Shown here: piece after piece, positions 27,972-40,549 of the stretch
How the letters are laid out: every line of letters starts with the position of its first letter
Numbering within the stretch: position 1 is the stretch's first letter
DNA from: Trichinella spiralis
Lineage: Eukaryota
Length of the DNA: 64,000 bases
Assembly (NCBI RefSeq): GCF_000181795.1
Contig: NW_003526941.1
Coordinates: 1,831,542-1,895,541 of the forward strand
Direction of reading: 5' to 3'
Translations under genes and position numbers: made by a program
Notes under the pieces: model-generated
Seen by the model: only the letters and a program-made list of their open reading frames with translations
Told to the model about the DNA's origin: nothing
Databases searched by the model: none

Positions 27972-29933
27972 ATGGCGCACGCTTATCATTTTTTCTTTGG
28001 ATGCATTTTTTATTTCGGATCATTAAGTTCTATTGCATTCGCCGGTGTCAATCCAAGTAAAGTGATAAATGAATATATTAAAAAATAAATTATCAAATCA
28101 AAACTCTTTAGAATATGATGTAAAAAAGTTGCCAGTGGACTTGGTGCCAGTTGCTAATTTGCTTGGAAAATGGCGATCTGTCGATGTAACTGGAAAAGGG
28201 ATCGAGGTGCTTCCAACAGGCATGATTCTTGACTTTGGTATCGAACCCCTGCCAGAGTTTGGTGCCAGAAGTCTGAATTTCACGTGAGTGCTTTCTGTCT
28301 GACAATTTCACTAAATATTTATCAGTTGCAAATCCCGCTATTCGTGCTGACCGCGTTCCAGGGTCCCTTAATTTGCTAAAATCTGCCTAACAGTGAATAA
28401 TCAGTGAACACTAAAATTCAGGAATAACAATCTGCAATCAAGCATCGCTCCAATGACAACATATGACAATCAAAGCAGCCTTGCCACACATTCTCCACAT
28501 TTTACATACAAGACAATCATTAACGAACAACAGAATAGTGTTGACAGGCATTAAGTTCAGCAGTGAGAAAGCAATTTTCAATAAATTTTTTAAAATGAAA
28601 TTCTGTTTCAAAATGTATTCATCAAAATGTGCAAACCTATCAACTCATACCGCAAAGAAAATTACATTTTCTATTGACCAAAAAATGAACTTTACAGCTG
28701 TATAGTTACAACGACTGCTTGCATGCTACTGTACAAGCATATCAAAGAGAGCTATTGACTTAAGTAAAAATATGGAAAGGAAGTGAAATAAAAGTGTTAT
28801 ATGTACCTTCATAGTAGTGTCTATCAAAAGACAAAACCTGTCACGAATTAAGAAAACCAAAAACTAAGAAGAAAAAAACATGGCCTGTGGAAATTCGTTT
28901 CCCACTTTTTTTTCATTCTTAATAATGAATTGAAATTTTAAGCCCTTCAATTTTCACTGCCTTCAAATTACCTTGTTACACAAACTTTCTAAATCTACTG
29001 TACCTATAATCTACAAAAAAATTTGGAACAGATAATTTAAGAACATGCAATGTAAATATAATGAGACTGAAAACTTAATTGATACCTACACAGTACTCTT
29101 TCCATACACCTATACCGACATACATACCAGCACTTAGAACATATATTTCAATAACAATAATAATAATAATAATAATAATACTTACGTATAACAGAGATCA
29201 GTAAAGACAAGAGAAAGATGTGAAAGCCACTTTCGACCACTCCCAAGCGATGACAAACTAAACTAGCCCATCACGATATAGCCAACTTAGTGCGTTAGTC
29301 GCAATCAATGAGCCGGAAGGCAATTTTGCAATAATAACGAATGACAAGCCCATCACAACTGAAAAAGAAATCACTTGCATCAATCTCCCTTCTCTTTTTC
29401 ATGTCATCATTTTAGTATTTTATAAGCATTCCCTTACAGCGTATATAGATATGCATCAGAAGATGACATGGAATGTTTATTTCTTTGAAATATATAAGAA
29501 TTTTTCATATCTTTCTTTTCAGTGGAAGTACGTACTGGCCAGACGGTTCTCTTGGCCACTTTGAATGGGGTTTCTTGATGGTGAAGAACCGAACGCGGAC
29601 AAATCCGCAAACACTGGTGGGATTCATCACTACAAATTCAGCTGGTTATTCACTAGTTGAATTCGGCATGGTGCAGAATGGTTACGTCGATTTAGAATTG
29701 AACAACTTTGTAAAAGTTTCATTTGGTTCGAAACTCGAAGTATATGAGGTAAATTAAATTAAATTAATCAGCAAAAACAATCTCGCGTCGTTCAACGTTT
29801 ACCTACAATTGCATTTCAGCTACGGCGCAACTTGTATATGCTGAACAATGGATACCTAAAACAAGATGTAGAAGCAGAAACGAATCGTGGTCGAGCGGCA
29901 TACAGTGTAATGTATCAAAAACTATACCCTTGA
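27972..29933 (+). CDS. Secreted THAP4/nitrobindin-like (DUF1794) beta-barrel protein, 4 exons
   Basis: Signal-like exon MAHAYHFFFGCIFYFGSLSSIAFA. Motifs LLGKW, SLNF, HFEWGFL, LVEFG and terminal YQKLYP. Splice phases are consistent. Confidence 0.7.
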
Positions 29934-30137
29934 TCGTATAAGATATAAATAATAATATAAATATATCATAAAACAAATAAACAAAGTAACTTTCTTCAAC
30001 AAAACATTTTATTTGAAACTATCGTGGTAATATTAATTTCAAATAATATGAAAAACTTGGATAGAACATCTGAAATGGTAGCACCATAGTTCCATTTCCA
30101 TAACCATTGGGATAACATTTAAAATTTTTAAAAATGT

Positions 30138-30794
30138 TCAAAGTAATCGCAATTGTCCAGTAATTTCGTCCACTTCTGGAACTGGACCGAAAATTGCCAA
30201 AACTGTGACTGAACCAGGAGCAACTTGCGTTCTTCCAGCATCATGCACTAAATAAGTGTTCAATTTGCGAGCATCGGCTAACACTTCCAAACTTTCCAAA
30301 TGCTGCGAATCTTCACCTTTCAGCACTACCTTCATTTGGCCAGAGTTTGTCCAATCAGTTAACGCCTTCTCTGCAACGGCTTGGCGATTCATCAATCTAT
30401 ATAGACCCAGTACAGCGTGACCAACTTGAGCTGCCGTTTTACCCACGCCCATTTTCAACGATGCATTCACAACGCAAACCATTTTGTAGCCTGCCATCGT
30501 CTCACTGATATTCGACACCTCGTCTTCCTCGCTATCTACAATGTATGAGGAAAAACTTTCCTGCTGCTCTAATATCCAATCCAGGGCCTCCTCGACCGAT
30601 CTGAAACCAGTTTGAGACAATGCCGACAATGCAACTACTGGTGAAAATCCCAAAGCCACAAGACTGTTGAGCAACCCTTCATGTAATGGATCAGTCAATT
30701 CTTCACGCAACTGTTGTGCGGCAGACGACGATAATTCCGACTGTGATGTTTGATCATCGCCACCTGCAGTAGAATTTCCTTTAGTAGGGTCCAT
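30138..30794 (-). CDS. PTRH2: UBA-domain peptidyl-tRNA hydrolase 2 family protein (intronless, 218 aa)
   Basis: UBA-like LVALGFS..ALS..EEALDWI. PTH2 motifs KMGVGKTAAQVGHA, GQMKVVLK, DAGRTQV, TVLAIFGP, ITGQLRLL. Confidence 0.92.
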   Translation of the reverse strand: MDPTKGNSTAGGDDQTSQSELSSSAAQQLREELTDPLHEGLLNSLVALGFSPVVALSALSQTGFRSVEEALDWILEQQESFSSYIVDSEEDEVSNISETMAGYKMVCVVNASLKMGVGKTAAQVGHAVLGLYRLMNRQAVAEKALTDWTNSGQMKVVLKGEDSQHLESLEVLADARKLNTYLVHDAGRTQVAPGSVTVLAIFGPVPEVDEITGQLRLL

Positions 30795-30808
30795 AAACCT
30801 AACAAAAG

Positions 30809-32094
30809 TTAAGAATTCTTCGCGTTTTTCTGCCTCTCTGAAATTGCTTCTTTGAATTCGAAATTAGATTCCTCTGGTCGAGGTGCGCGTATATTCTTCC
30901 AGTCGTCAAATTTCTTTCCGGCAATGTCTTCCTAAATAAAATTGTCAACGCGATATCATCACATTCAAGTGTATGCGAGAAAAAAAATCAAAATCTTATT
31001 TTTCTTCAAATAAGAAACAGCACTTGTTGATGAGCATACCTCGTATATTTGTTCCAAACTCTTCTGCTTTGATGGATCAACACCCAAACTCGTAAATAAT
31101 TTACGCTAAAACAATACAAGAATGTAAGTATAATACGTTTTATCATTTTTAATTTTTTTAAACTTTATGGTAAATGGTTTTAAAAGTATTATCCTCAACA
31201 ACACACTTCACAGCATTTTACGCGCATAAGTGTAAAAACTGACAAAGTTTTCTAACCGATAACAGCTAATAACGCACTTTTTCAAAACATTTAATTATTT
31301 AATAACATGCTAAAATCTGGAAAGGAAAACTCCTAATAATAAAGTTTTAACAAAAACATCGTATTTAATAAAATTTGTTTTAAACATCAAAAACCAAGCC
31401 ATAGAATAATATTCACATCAATGTTTAATTAAAAATTCACAGAACAAACAATTTTATTCTTTTAACTTGTATGATATTAAATATTTTTCCCTGATACTTT
31501 AACAAAAAAATAAATTTCAATACAGAAAAAAGGACAGTTGCTTTTGCATTTCCACTTTTCCATTAAATTCACGCCTTTACAAAAACATTTAACTTCACAC
31601 TGTTCAAAATTGAAGCGCAACATTTCAGTAATAACTTTAGAGGTAAACTGTTTTCTCTTTAATTTACTATTATTGCGCAATATAAATTAAACGTAACTAA
31701 AACTAAAATTTGTAAAAGTTGTTTTCGAAAAGTAAAAAACAACATAACACAACAGCGACAAATTCATCAACCAGACAACACGGCAAACAATAAATAAAAA
31801 CATGATTGATATTTTTGACTGAATTACCAGACACATAAAAATATTAAATTTCAATAAAAAGTAGAATAGTGTTAAACTGTAAGAGTAAGGTAAATTTAGG
31901 CAAAAAAAACTTACAGAAGCAAAAACTTTACGATATTCTAGTCGAATGCTCGTAAAAAATTGCAAGCCGAGGGAGCCACACACTACAAAACCCTAAAGAA
32001 TTTAATAATTTAAGTTCTTCAGTTGAAATTAACTTAAAAAATACCATACAATAAAAGGGACACCGTAGCGAATGAAGTGATGATTTCTTTGCAT
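30809..32094 (-). CDS. COX16: Cytochrome c oxidase assembly protein COX16 (at least 4 exons, missed by the ORF track)
   Basis: Spliced: MQRNHHFIRYGVPFI|GFVVCGSLGLQFFTSIRLEYRK..|RKLFTSLGVDPSKQKSLEQIYE|EDIAGKKFDDWKNIRAPRP...; carries the COX16 hallmarks YGVP, GSxGL and FDDWKNIRxPRP. Confidence 0.88.
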
Positions 32095-33029
32095 TCGCTG
32101 AATTGTTACAATAACCAAATTACAGTATCACTTATGAAAGGTACAATTTTTATTTCGTAATTATTGTAACAAAAGATTTTAAAGCATTGTCATACGACAG
32201 TTAAAATATTATATTATTTATAAATTTATGTATTTAATTCTTAAATTATCTTTTATAAATGAAACAAACAATGTTAATAAGATTTATATAAATAGTTGCC
32301 GTAATTGCGTGCAAATATGTGCAAATACACAAAATAAATTTAAACAAATGATTGAAACATAAATTTAATTTTCATACTTTTTCTGTTACTGATATTCACA
32401 TTCTGAAACATGGCTTTTCTTTGAATACAATGATTCAAAAATGAAACCTTATGACTGATTTGTATGACTATAGGAAACATTCAGGGGAAAACTGTTGAAT
32501 GAATGTAGCATGAAGCGACACGTTCATTATTTGTAATTCTCATCTTCGCAATGGCTCCTCTTTTGCTGATGAAAGTTTATCTACTTCAACGTGATTTTTC
32601 AAGTAGGAACAGCTGCATTTCTTCAAAATTATTAAACTTTTAAATTATCTTATTTTCCAAAAAAATATGTAATTTAAAATTGCTATCTTTTCAATTCAGT
32701 AGTAATTGCATAGTCAAAATCAACTTGTTTATATTTTTTTGTTCGTTTTTGACATAAATAAATACCTTAAATGCCAAATTGCAATGAATTATGTGAATTA
32801 ATTGCACGCTGTTGTTAAACAACAGCTGACTCTACTATGAAACAGCACTTTCAGTAAACTTCTTCACATTATATTTATTGCAACATGAAGCACAGCTATG
32901 ATAATTTTATGAGCAAAGACGTGTTTTACCTTTAAGCAGAAATGTAAACCGCGATAACTGTAAATTTAAACTGAAATCCCTTCAAAACTTTCCTAACTTT
33001 TATTGTAATTCAGTTACGCGCAATTTCAA

Positions 33030-35408
33030 ATGTGGAACCAACTGACGCATTTCGTACTGCTGAAATTCCTTACTATTTTCTTTATAGCAAATAAAGTGGT
33101 AAGTTGCATCACTTGTTCAATACTAATTTAAATTCTTTTTCTTTTTTTAAATCAAACACATTTAATGCCAAAGAAATATAATGAAATATGGAAATAATTT
33201 TGTCTTCACATCAGACTAGCGAATTTGAATGCAAAAAGAAAGATTTTGGTCATGGCTCGCCGGTTTGCATATGTGATGAATCATACTGTGATAAAGTGAA
33301 ACCAATTCCTGAGATCACTTCAGATCAAGTGATCATATACCTCTCTAGTAAAAGTGGCGACCGACTGCAACAAAGTGTTGCTCATTTCAGTAATGATATA
33401 AAAACTAAACTCGACGGTAAGATATGCTTATAATATAAATTAGTAAACGAAACCAATTTTTCAATTTCGTGCAACAAATAAAATTGTTTCAAAATTAGAA
33501 CGTCACTTAAATTTAGATTTATTGATCACAATCGATTTAAACTTAAGCAAGCAAAGTATAATTGGATTTGGTGGCGCTTTTACGGATTCCACTGGCATGA
33601 ACATTGCACAGCTATCAGAAAAAGTACAAAATGATTTGATGGATTCATATTTCAGTCGAGATGGTAATCTGAGAATAAATGCACACGTGATAAAACCATT
33701 AAGCTGCTTTTCAGGAATTGAATATAATATCGGGAGAGTGCCAATAGCTAGCTGTGATTTCTCTTCACGTGTGTATTCATATGATGACGTGGATAGTGAC
33801 TTTCAATTGCAAAACTTCACACTTACGGAAGAGGATTTTCATTACAAGGTACAATTCTTTTTGCAAGTACACGGAGCAAAAACAAAAGATTTTAACGTTT
33901 CTAGATCCCTTTTATAAAAATTGCACAAGAAAAGACCTCGAATAAATTGAAATTATTCGGTAGTCCTTGGTCAGCGCCAGCTTGGATGAAAACAAACAAA
34001 AAAATGGCCGGAAAAGGAACTATAATAGGAAAACCTGGTAACAAATATTATGAAACGTGGGCAAAATATTTTGTTAGGTTATTGTATTATTCTGTATTTT
34101 TTCCTGACATTATTAAAACAGATATTTTCAGATTTCTAGAGGAATATAAAAAGCACGACATTGATTTTTGGGCACTGACGATGCAAAATGAACCAACCAC
34201 TGGTTTCATTGTTAATTACCCATTTCAAACAACAGGATTCACACCAGCAATGCAACGAGATTTTTTAAAAATAAATCTCGGACCAACACTTCGTCAGTCA
34301 GCGTTCAACAACACGAAAATTATGATTCTAGATGACAGTCGTCTGTTACTTCCATTTTGGGCAGATGTGGTACAGTTTAATAGTTATTAGATCAACATTA
34401 AAATGAAAATAATGTATTACTTTCGTAGATTTTAAGGGATCCAGATGCTCAGCAGTACGTCTCTTACATTGCCGTTCACTGGTATTCAGACAGATACACA
34501 CCCGCTTGCAAATTGAACATAACACATGCCCGTTTTCCTGACTTCCCATTAATTGGCACCGAAGCATGCAATGGCTTTGCATTTTGGCAAACCAGAGGGC
34601 CTATACTGGGTAGCTGGTATCGTGCACAACAGTATGCACATTCTATCATTGAAGTGCGTTACTCAGAAACTGAACATTCGTATATGAATGAATAACTTCA
34701 CTTTTCATTCTTTTCAGGATTTGAACAACTACTTTACAGGATGGGTAGACTGGAACCTAGCCCTGGATATGGAAGGGGGTCCGAATTGGGCCAATAACAC
34801 TGTAGACAGTCCAGTAATTGTAGACAAAGAAAATAACGCATTTTACAAGCAACCTATGTTCTACATTTTGGGTCATTTCAGGTGATAAAGCAGAAAATTA
34901 ATTTAATCACATCATTTATACAAGCAGTGTTTCAATCAGTACCCAGTAAAATTCTATTTATTGCATTAAAACTTGAAAATCACTATGAAAATTATATACT
35001 GTATTACATTAACATTTTCCTTTTAATTAAAACAAACGACGTGCCACTGACGAGGAGCCTATCATCATTATTATGCTTATCAATCATTTTAGCAAATTCT
35101 TTATACCAGATTCAGTTGTTCTGCATACTGAAGTGCAAAAACGGTACGCGATGGAAACTGGCGTTGAAGCGACAGCTGCTTTGAGGCCAGATGGCATAGT
35201 CACTCTTGTACTGCATAACAGGTAAACAGAACCAATACCATGTCTTGCAATTAATATAAATGAATAATTACTATTTAGTATGATGAAATCAGTTCCAGTG
35301 AAAATTGTACAAAAAAATGATACTCGAAGCTTATGCTTAGATCTTCCTCCTCATAGCATACAAACAGTTCTTTGGCTTCGTGCAGAAGAAATCATAAATA
35401 ATGTCTGA
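33030..35408 (+). CDS. GBA1: Lysosomal glucosylceramidase (GH30), multi-exon
   Basis: Signal peptide; motifs [36 protein letters not shown] (acid/base), TEAC (nucleophile), [16 protein letters not shown]. Confidence 0.96.
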
Positions 35409-35569
35409 CTTGCTGCGAATTTATTTACGTGGAACAATACCGAAAGAAAGCACACTGAAAGTTTATTAACAAAAACAGTTCTAAGAGTTTCAACAACAGC
35501 TTACATGATAAAACAAATAAATGTTAATCATAATTGATAGTATGTGCTCTATGCGCTTACTTTTAAAAC

Positions 35570-37146
35570 TTAAACACGCAAAATTTCCAAGCAGTTATTA
35601 AAGCAAATAGCAATCCAATCTGGTTGGTTTGGAGCCCAGTGGACCTTCAAAAATTATCGACTGTAGAAATAATTTCAAACAAAGAAGCAATCGTATCTTT
35701 GCACTAACCTGATTGATTTCTCCACCTGCTGTGTAAGCGAGAATTGGATCTTCAATTGCCCTGGGCATTGCCTGCACATCCCAGATAAGAGCTTGATGGT
35801 CGTCAGCTTCACGAAATAAAACAAACGTCAATAAATAAATAAATTAATTAAAAAGTGATTGCTGATAATTTTGAAACTTCAGAAATTGGAATTTAGTTTT
35901 TACCTGCAGTGCAAATATGGCACGATGAATGAGGGGCCCAAACAATGCCATTGACGAATGCTCGGTGATTGTTCAAACGAGCTACAGGAGCACAAGGCAA
36001 ACGGATGTCAAGAATTATGACCTTAAAACATAACATGTGAAAATTTTCAATAAGCATTCAATTTAAAAATAATACTACTTCTGTGGAATCCGATGCAACA
36101 GTGGCAATGTAAAATGGATCCTGCTTATTCCAAGCTATCCGCAACAAAGGCGTTTGCAACGGATCTTCATAAATTATTGTCGAGTGCTCCAAATGACGCA
36201 AATCAAACATACGAACACTTCCATCAGCACCTAAAATAATTCCCATACCTAAGTATAATTACATTTTACACTGTCAACATTCAACAATTACCAACACTTG
36301 CAAATACATCCTTCTGATTTACCGATTTGCTAAATGCAAAGTCATAGACTTCTTTGTCGTGAGCAATTAATTGGGTTTTCACGTGTCCACTGACCCTGCT
36401 TCCAGTCCCACTGACTTGACCTGTAATCTGGCCGGTCTGAAAATACATTTATTTAAAATAAAGTTAACAAAGTGATGCAAACAAATACGATAAAAAAATA
36501 CTTCTAAGCGCCAGATGGTACATGTTGTATCAATACTAGCAGTGCCAATAATTCCAACGTCATTCTCATTCCAATCAAAAGAAGACAATGGTGCACAAAA
36601 TTCAGAACTTCGGTTCTAGAATAACAAAAGACCATCAACTTATTTCGGTTGTGCAATCAAATGCGGATATATATATATATATATACGTTGTTCAATAAAC
36701 ATTCCATAGTAGCTCCATCTTCTGATACTCGAAAAATTCTCAGATAATCAGCACTCGTTGCCAGAAGATCAGTGTACTGACCACGCTAAAATAATAAAAA
36801 TAAAATCATTTGAATCTATACAAAGAAAGTATAATCTTTACAATATCTGGTATCCACATTATTTTTGTTGCGGGATAAGGATGATCAAAATGAGCCGTAT
36901 GTCGAAATTCACCTGCATCTTCATCCAACTGGACAATCTGCACCTAAAGAAAAAACAAACAAATAAGCAAAACAACTGAAACATGCTTTTCACCGCTGTT
37001 ACTTTATTGTTATACTCTTCAATAAAACTACCCAAAGCAATGCGAAACTTCTGGTCTGGACGAACACTCCAATTCATCGCATACAGTGCCCATGGAGAGT
37101 CGTAACGATAAATTTCCTTTCGCTTTTGCTGCGCAGACTGCGCCAT
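35570..37146 (-). CDS. DCAF7: WD40 protein DCAF7/WDR68 (AN11 family)
   Basis: [63 protein letters not shown]. Confidence 0.96.
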
Positions 37147-38123
37147 TCTCGCAAAATACAACCAAATCGCAGTTAAAACAATCGAAATTATATATTAAAC
37201 ACGGATGTAATCTAAAAAAAAGTACGATTTTCTAATGATGGGACGTCAGGCAACGTTCAGTGGCTGATTTCACTATTAAAAATAAAAAAAATGCAAAACA
37301 AAAGTAATGCGTTATAAAGAACAATTTGTAAACAAACAATTCATACATTAAAACTTGTGCTTCTTTGCCTGATAAATAATAATGCCTAATTAAAAATAAA
37401 CTAAATAACAGTTTAATACAATGTAACATGTTACTTTAAAAGATGCAAATTCGAAGAAATAATATACTGCTACAAAAGTGCAACAATGTTATGGATAAAT
37501 CAGAAAACAACAGAAAGTGCTGTTAACAATTTTAAAGAAAATATACAATGAAATACACTAATAATTGCAAATTTAACAAACTTTCAAACAAATTTTATTT
37601 CTTAAAACAGTACAAATTATCTACCAAATAAAACTTACAATTCATGAGAAAAAAAATTTCTTCCTAATCAGCCTGAGAATACTGTATGTTGACACTCAGG
37701 TTCATAAATAAATATGTAATATTCGAAATAAGTTTTTGTGTGCATTTATACATATATGTACTTAATTGAATATTATCTCAGTTATAAACTTTTAATTAAA
37801 ACAAAAATAAATTACATATAAATTAATTTTTTAATTTAAACTTTGCTTTACAAACGAAATCAGATGAAAATTTATGACAACATATTTCAAGGTTCAATTC
37901 AAAATTATCTCAAGCAATTATCTTATTAATTTAAATATTTTAAATAAAAATTTGGATAACGTTTTAGTATAACATTAGTTTTTAGATTATATACACATAT
38001 ATCTTAAGAAATAAGAAATTGTACATAATTATCAAATATCTTTCTGTACATGTATGTTTTATAAAATCTTTTATTAACTAGTGCAATTGAAATTTATTTG
38101 ATATCGTCTATATGCTATAATAG

Positions 38124-38435
<312 letters not shown>

Positions 38436-38620
38436 AGTCATGTCCTTTTATTTAATGACAGTTTGAATATCGTGATAACGTATTTTAAAATACTATTTTT
38501 AATAAACAAGTAGCTTGTTTTTGTTTTTGCTGTCTGCTTGGTGCAACTTGTTTGTCCAAAGTATTACATTATGATACATAGAAAGAGGTGGCGCCAGAGT
38601 TGTCGATATTTCTTAGGTTC

Positions 38621-40529
38621 ATGAGTGAAACTTGTGCAATTTTTGTTGCGTTGGTTTCCATACTGTTTGAAAATGCCCTACGCTCGTTTGGTGCTCAGAA
38701 TGGCTTAGCTCTTACGCCTCCAATGGGTTGGATTTCATGGTTACAATTTGGATGCCAAATTGACTGTAGTAAAGGACTGAAAAACTGCTTCAGGTATGTC
38801 TTTCTTTGCACAAAAAGCAGCTACAAATACCCTTTATCAGTGAGCAAGCGATTCTTGATATCGCAGAACACTTGGTAGCGGATGGTTATCGCGATGCTGG
38901 TTATATTTATATGAATTTGGATGATTGCTGGAGTAGCCGTAGGCGAGATCAAAATGGGAGGCTGATGGCGGATCCAATTAGATTTCCACATGGAATCAAA
39001 TGGCTAGGCCAAGAGGTGATTTCACTTTTCCATATATTTGCGTTAAAAAAGAGTACTGTGTTTAAAGAAATTCAAGTTTCAGTATATAATATGAAAATGA
39101 TAACCGATCAATGAGTGAATATCATAGAACCAAGATTAGTATCCATTTTTAAATTTAAATTTAATCCAGCTTCACAGACGAGGTTTGAAATTGGGCATGT
39201 ACACAAATATTGGTTCGAAAACATGCATGGGATATCCAGGTAGTGGAGAGAATATTGAAAAAGATGCAGAAACATTTGCTTCTTGGGAAGTGGATATGCT
39301 AAAAGTGGATGGCTGTTTCACCGATAAATCTACTTTTTCCACAAGTACTTGAATTGAACATTTTTAATTTTTAAAATAAATTTTCCTTTTCAATTTTTTA
39401 GAATACCCTAAAATGGCGAAAGCTTTGAATTTTACGGGGCGGAAGATTTTACTCAGCTGCAGCTGGCCATATTACACTTATCCAGAAGTGACGGAAATTT
39501 AAATGAAAACATTTTGAAAGCAAATAATCACAACCTGCTCTTTTCAGAAACCACCGTACCCGCTCATTGCCAAACATTGCAACATGTGGCGAAATTATCA
39601 AGACGTGCAAATGAATTGGAATTCTATAATGCAGATTATTGACTTCTACGAAGCAAATCAGGACTTGCTTGCAAATTTCCACAAAAGAGGCCAATGGAAT
39701 GATGCAGACATGGTAAGAGCTGGGGGTTTTGTTCACGACCGTGAAATGGTGTCATTGATAAGTTTCAGCTAGTGATCGGCAGTCCTAAACTGACCAATGA
39801 TCAAGCACAAGCACAGATGGCCATTTGGAGTATCTTGGGTGTGCCACTTTTCATGTCCAACGATTTACGCACGCTTAGTCCAGCTTTGCAGGATATTTTA
39901 CTCAATGAACAATTAATTGCTATCAACAAAGATCCTTTGGAACCGATGGGAAAAGTTGTGAAAAAGGCAAGTTTTGCAACTACATTTTTATACATGGTAA
40001 GGTAAAAAAAAATCTCTTCACCAGGTCGGATCGATTTCTATCTACAAGAAAGAAGTGGACATTCGAAGCCCATTCATCGTACTGGTGCTGTTTAACCGAG
40101 ATGAAGTAGCCCGTGTAATCAAACAATGCCATCATGACTGAAGATGTGCATTGAAATATATAATATTTTTTTTGCTTTTATTTATAGAAAATGATCGAAA
40201 TTAAGATGGATTTATTTTCCACTTATAACAAACGAACGTATTTAATACATGACGTTCTGAATAAGAATGCCGTAGGCTACCTAACGCAGAATGCTAACTA
40301 TGGACGGAGCAAGTTTGAATTCCACGTACCGCCAACTGGCGTTGTAGTTCTCAAAGTTTATCCAGTCGACGTGGATTTGAACGCACCACCAACAACTGTC
40401 CATCCCTTCATTTGGACGATTTTCGGCCTTTTCTTAGCCATTTCTGTGTTGAAATGTGTGTGGCGAATAACAGCTAATATCGCGCACACTCTCAGATATA
40501 AAGGTTTTTGTTGTTTTTCTTTTTCTTGA
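38621..40529 (+). CDS. GH27 alpha-galactosidase / alpha-N-acetylgalactosaminidase with C-terminal TM segment
   Basis: Signal peptide; motifs NGLALTPPMGW, LDDCW, TCMGYPG, LKVDGC (nucleophile Asp), WRNYQD (acid/base Asp), PLFMSNDL. Confidence 0.93.
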
Positions 40530-40549
40530 ATAAATTTCAATTGGTTGTT

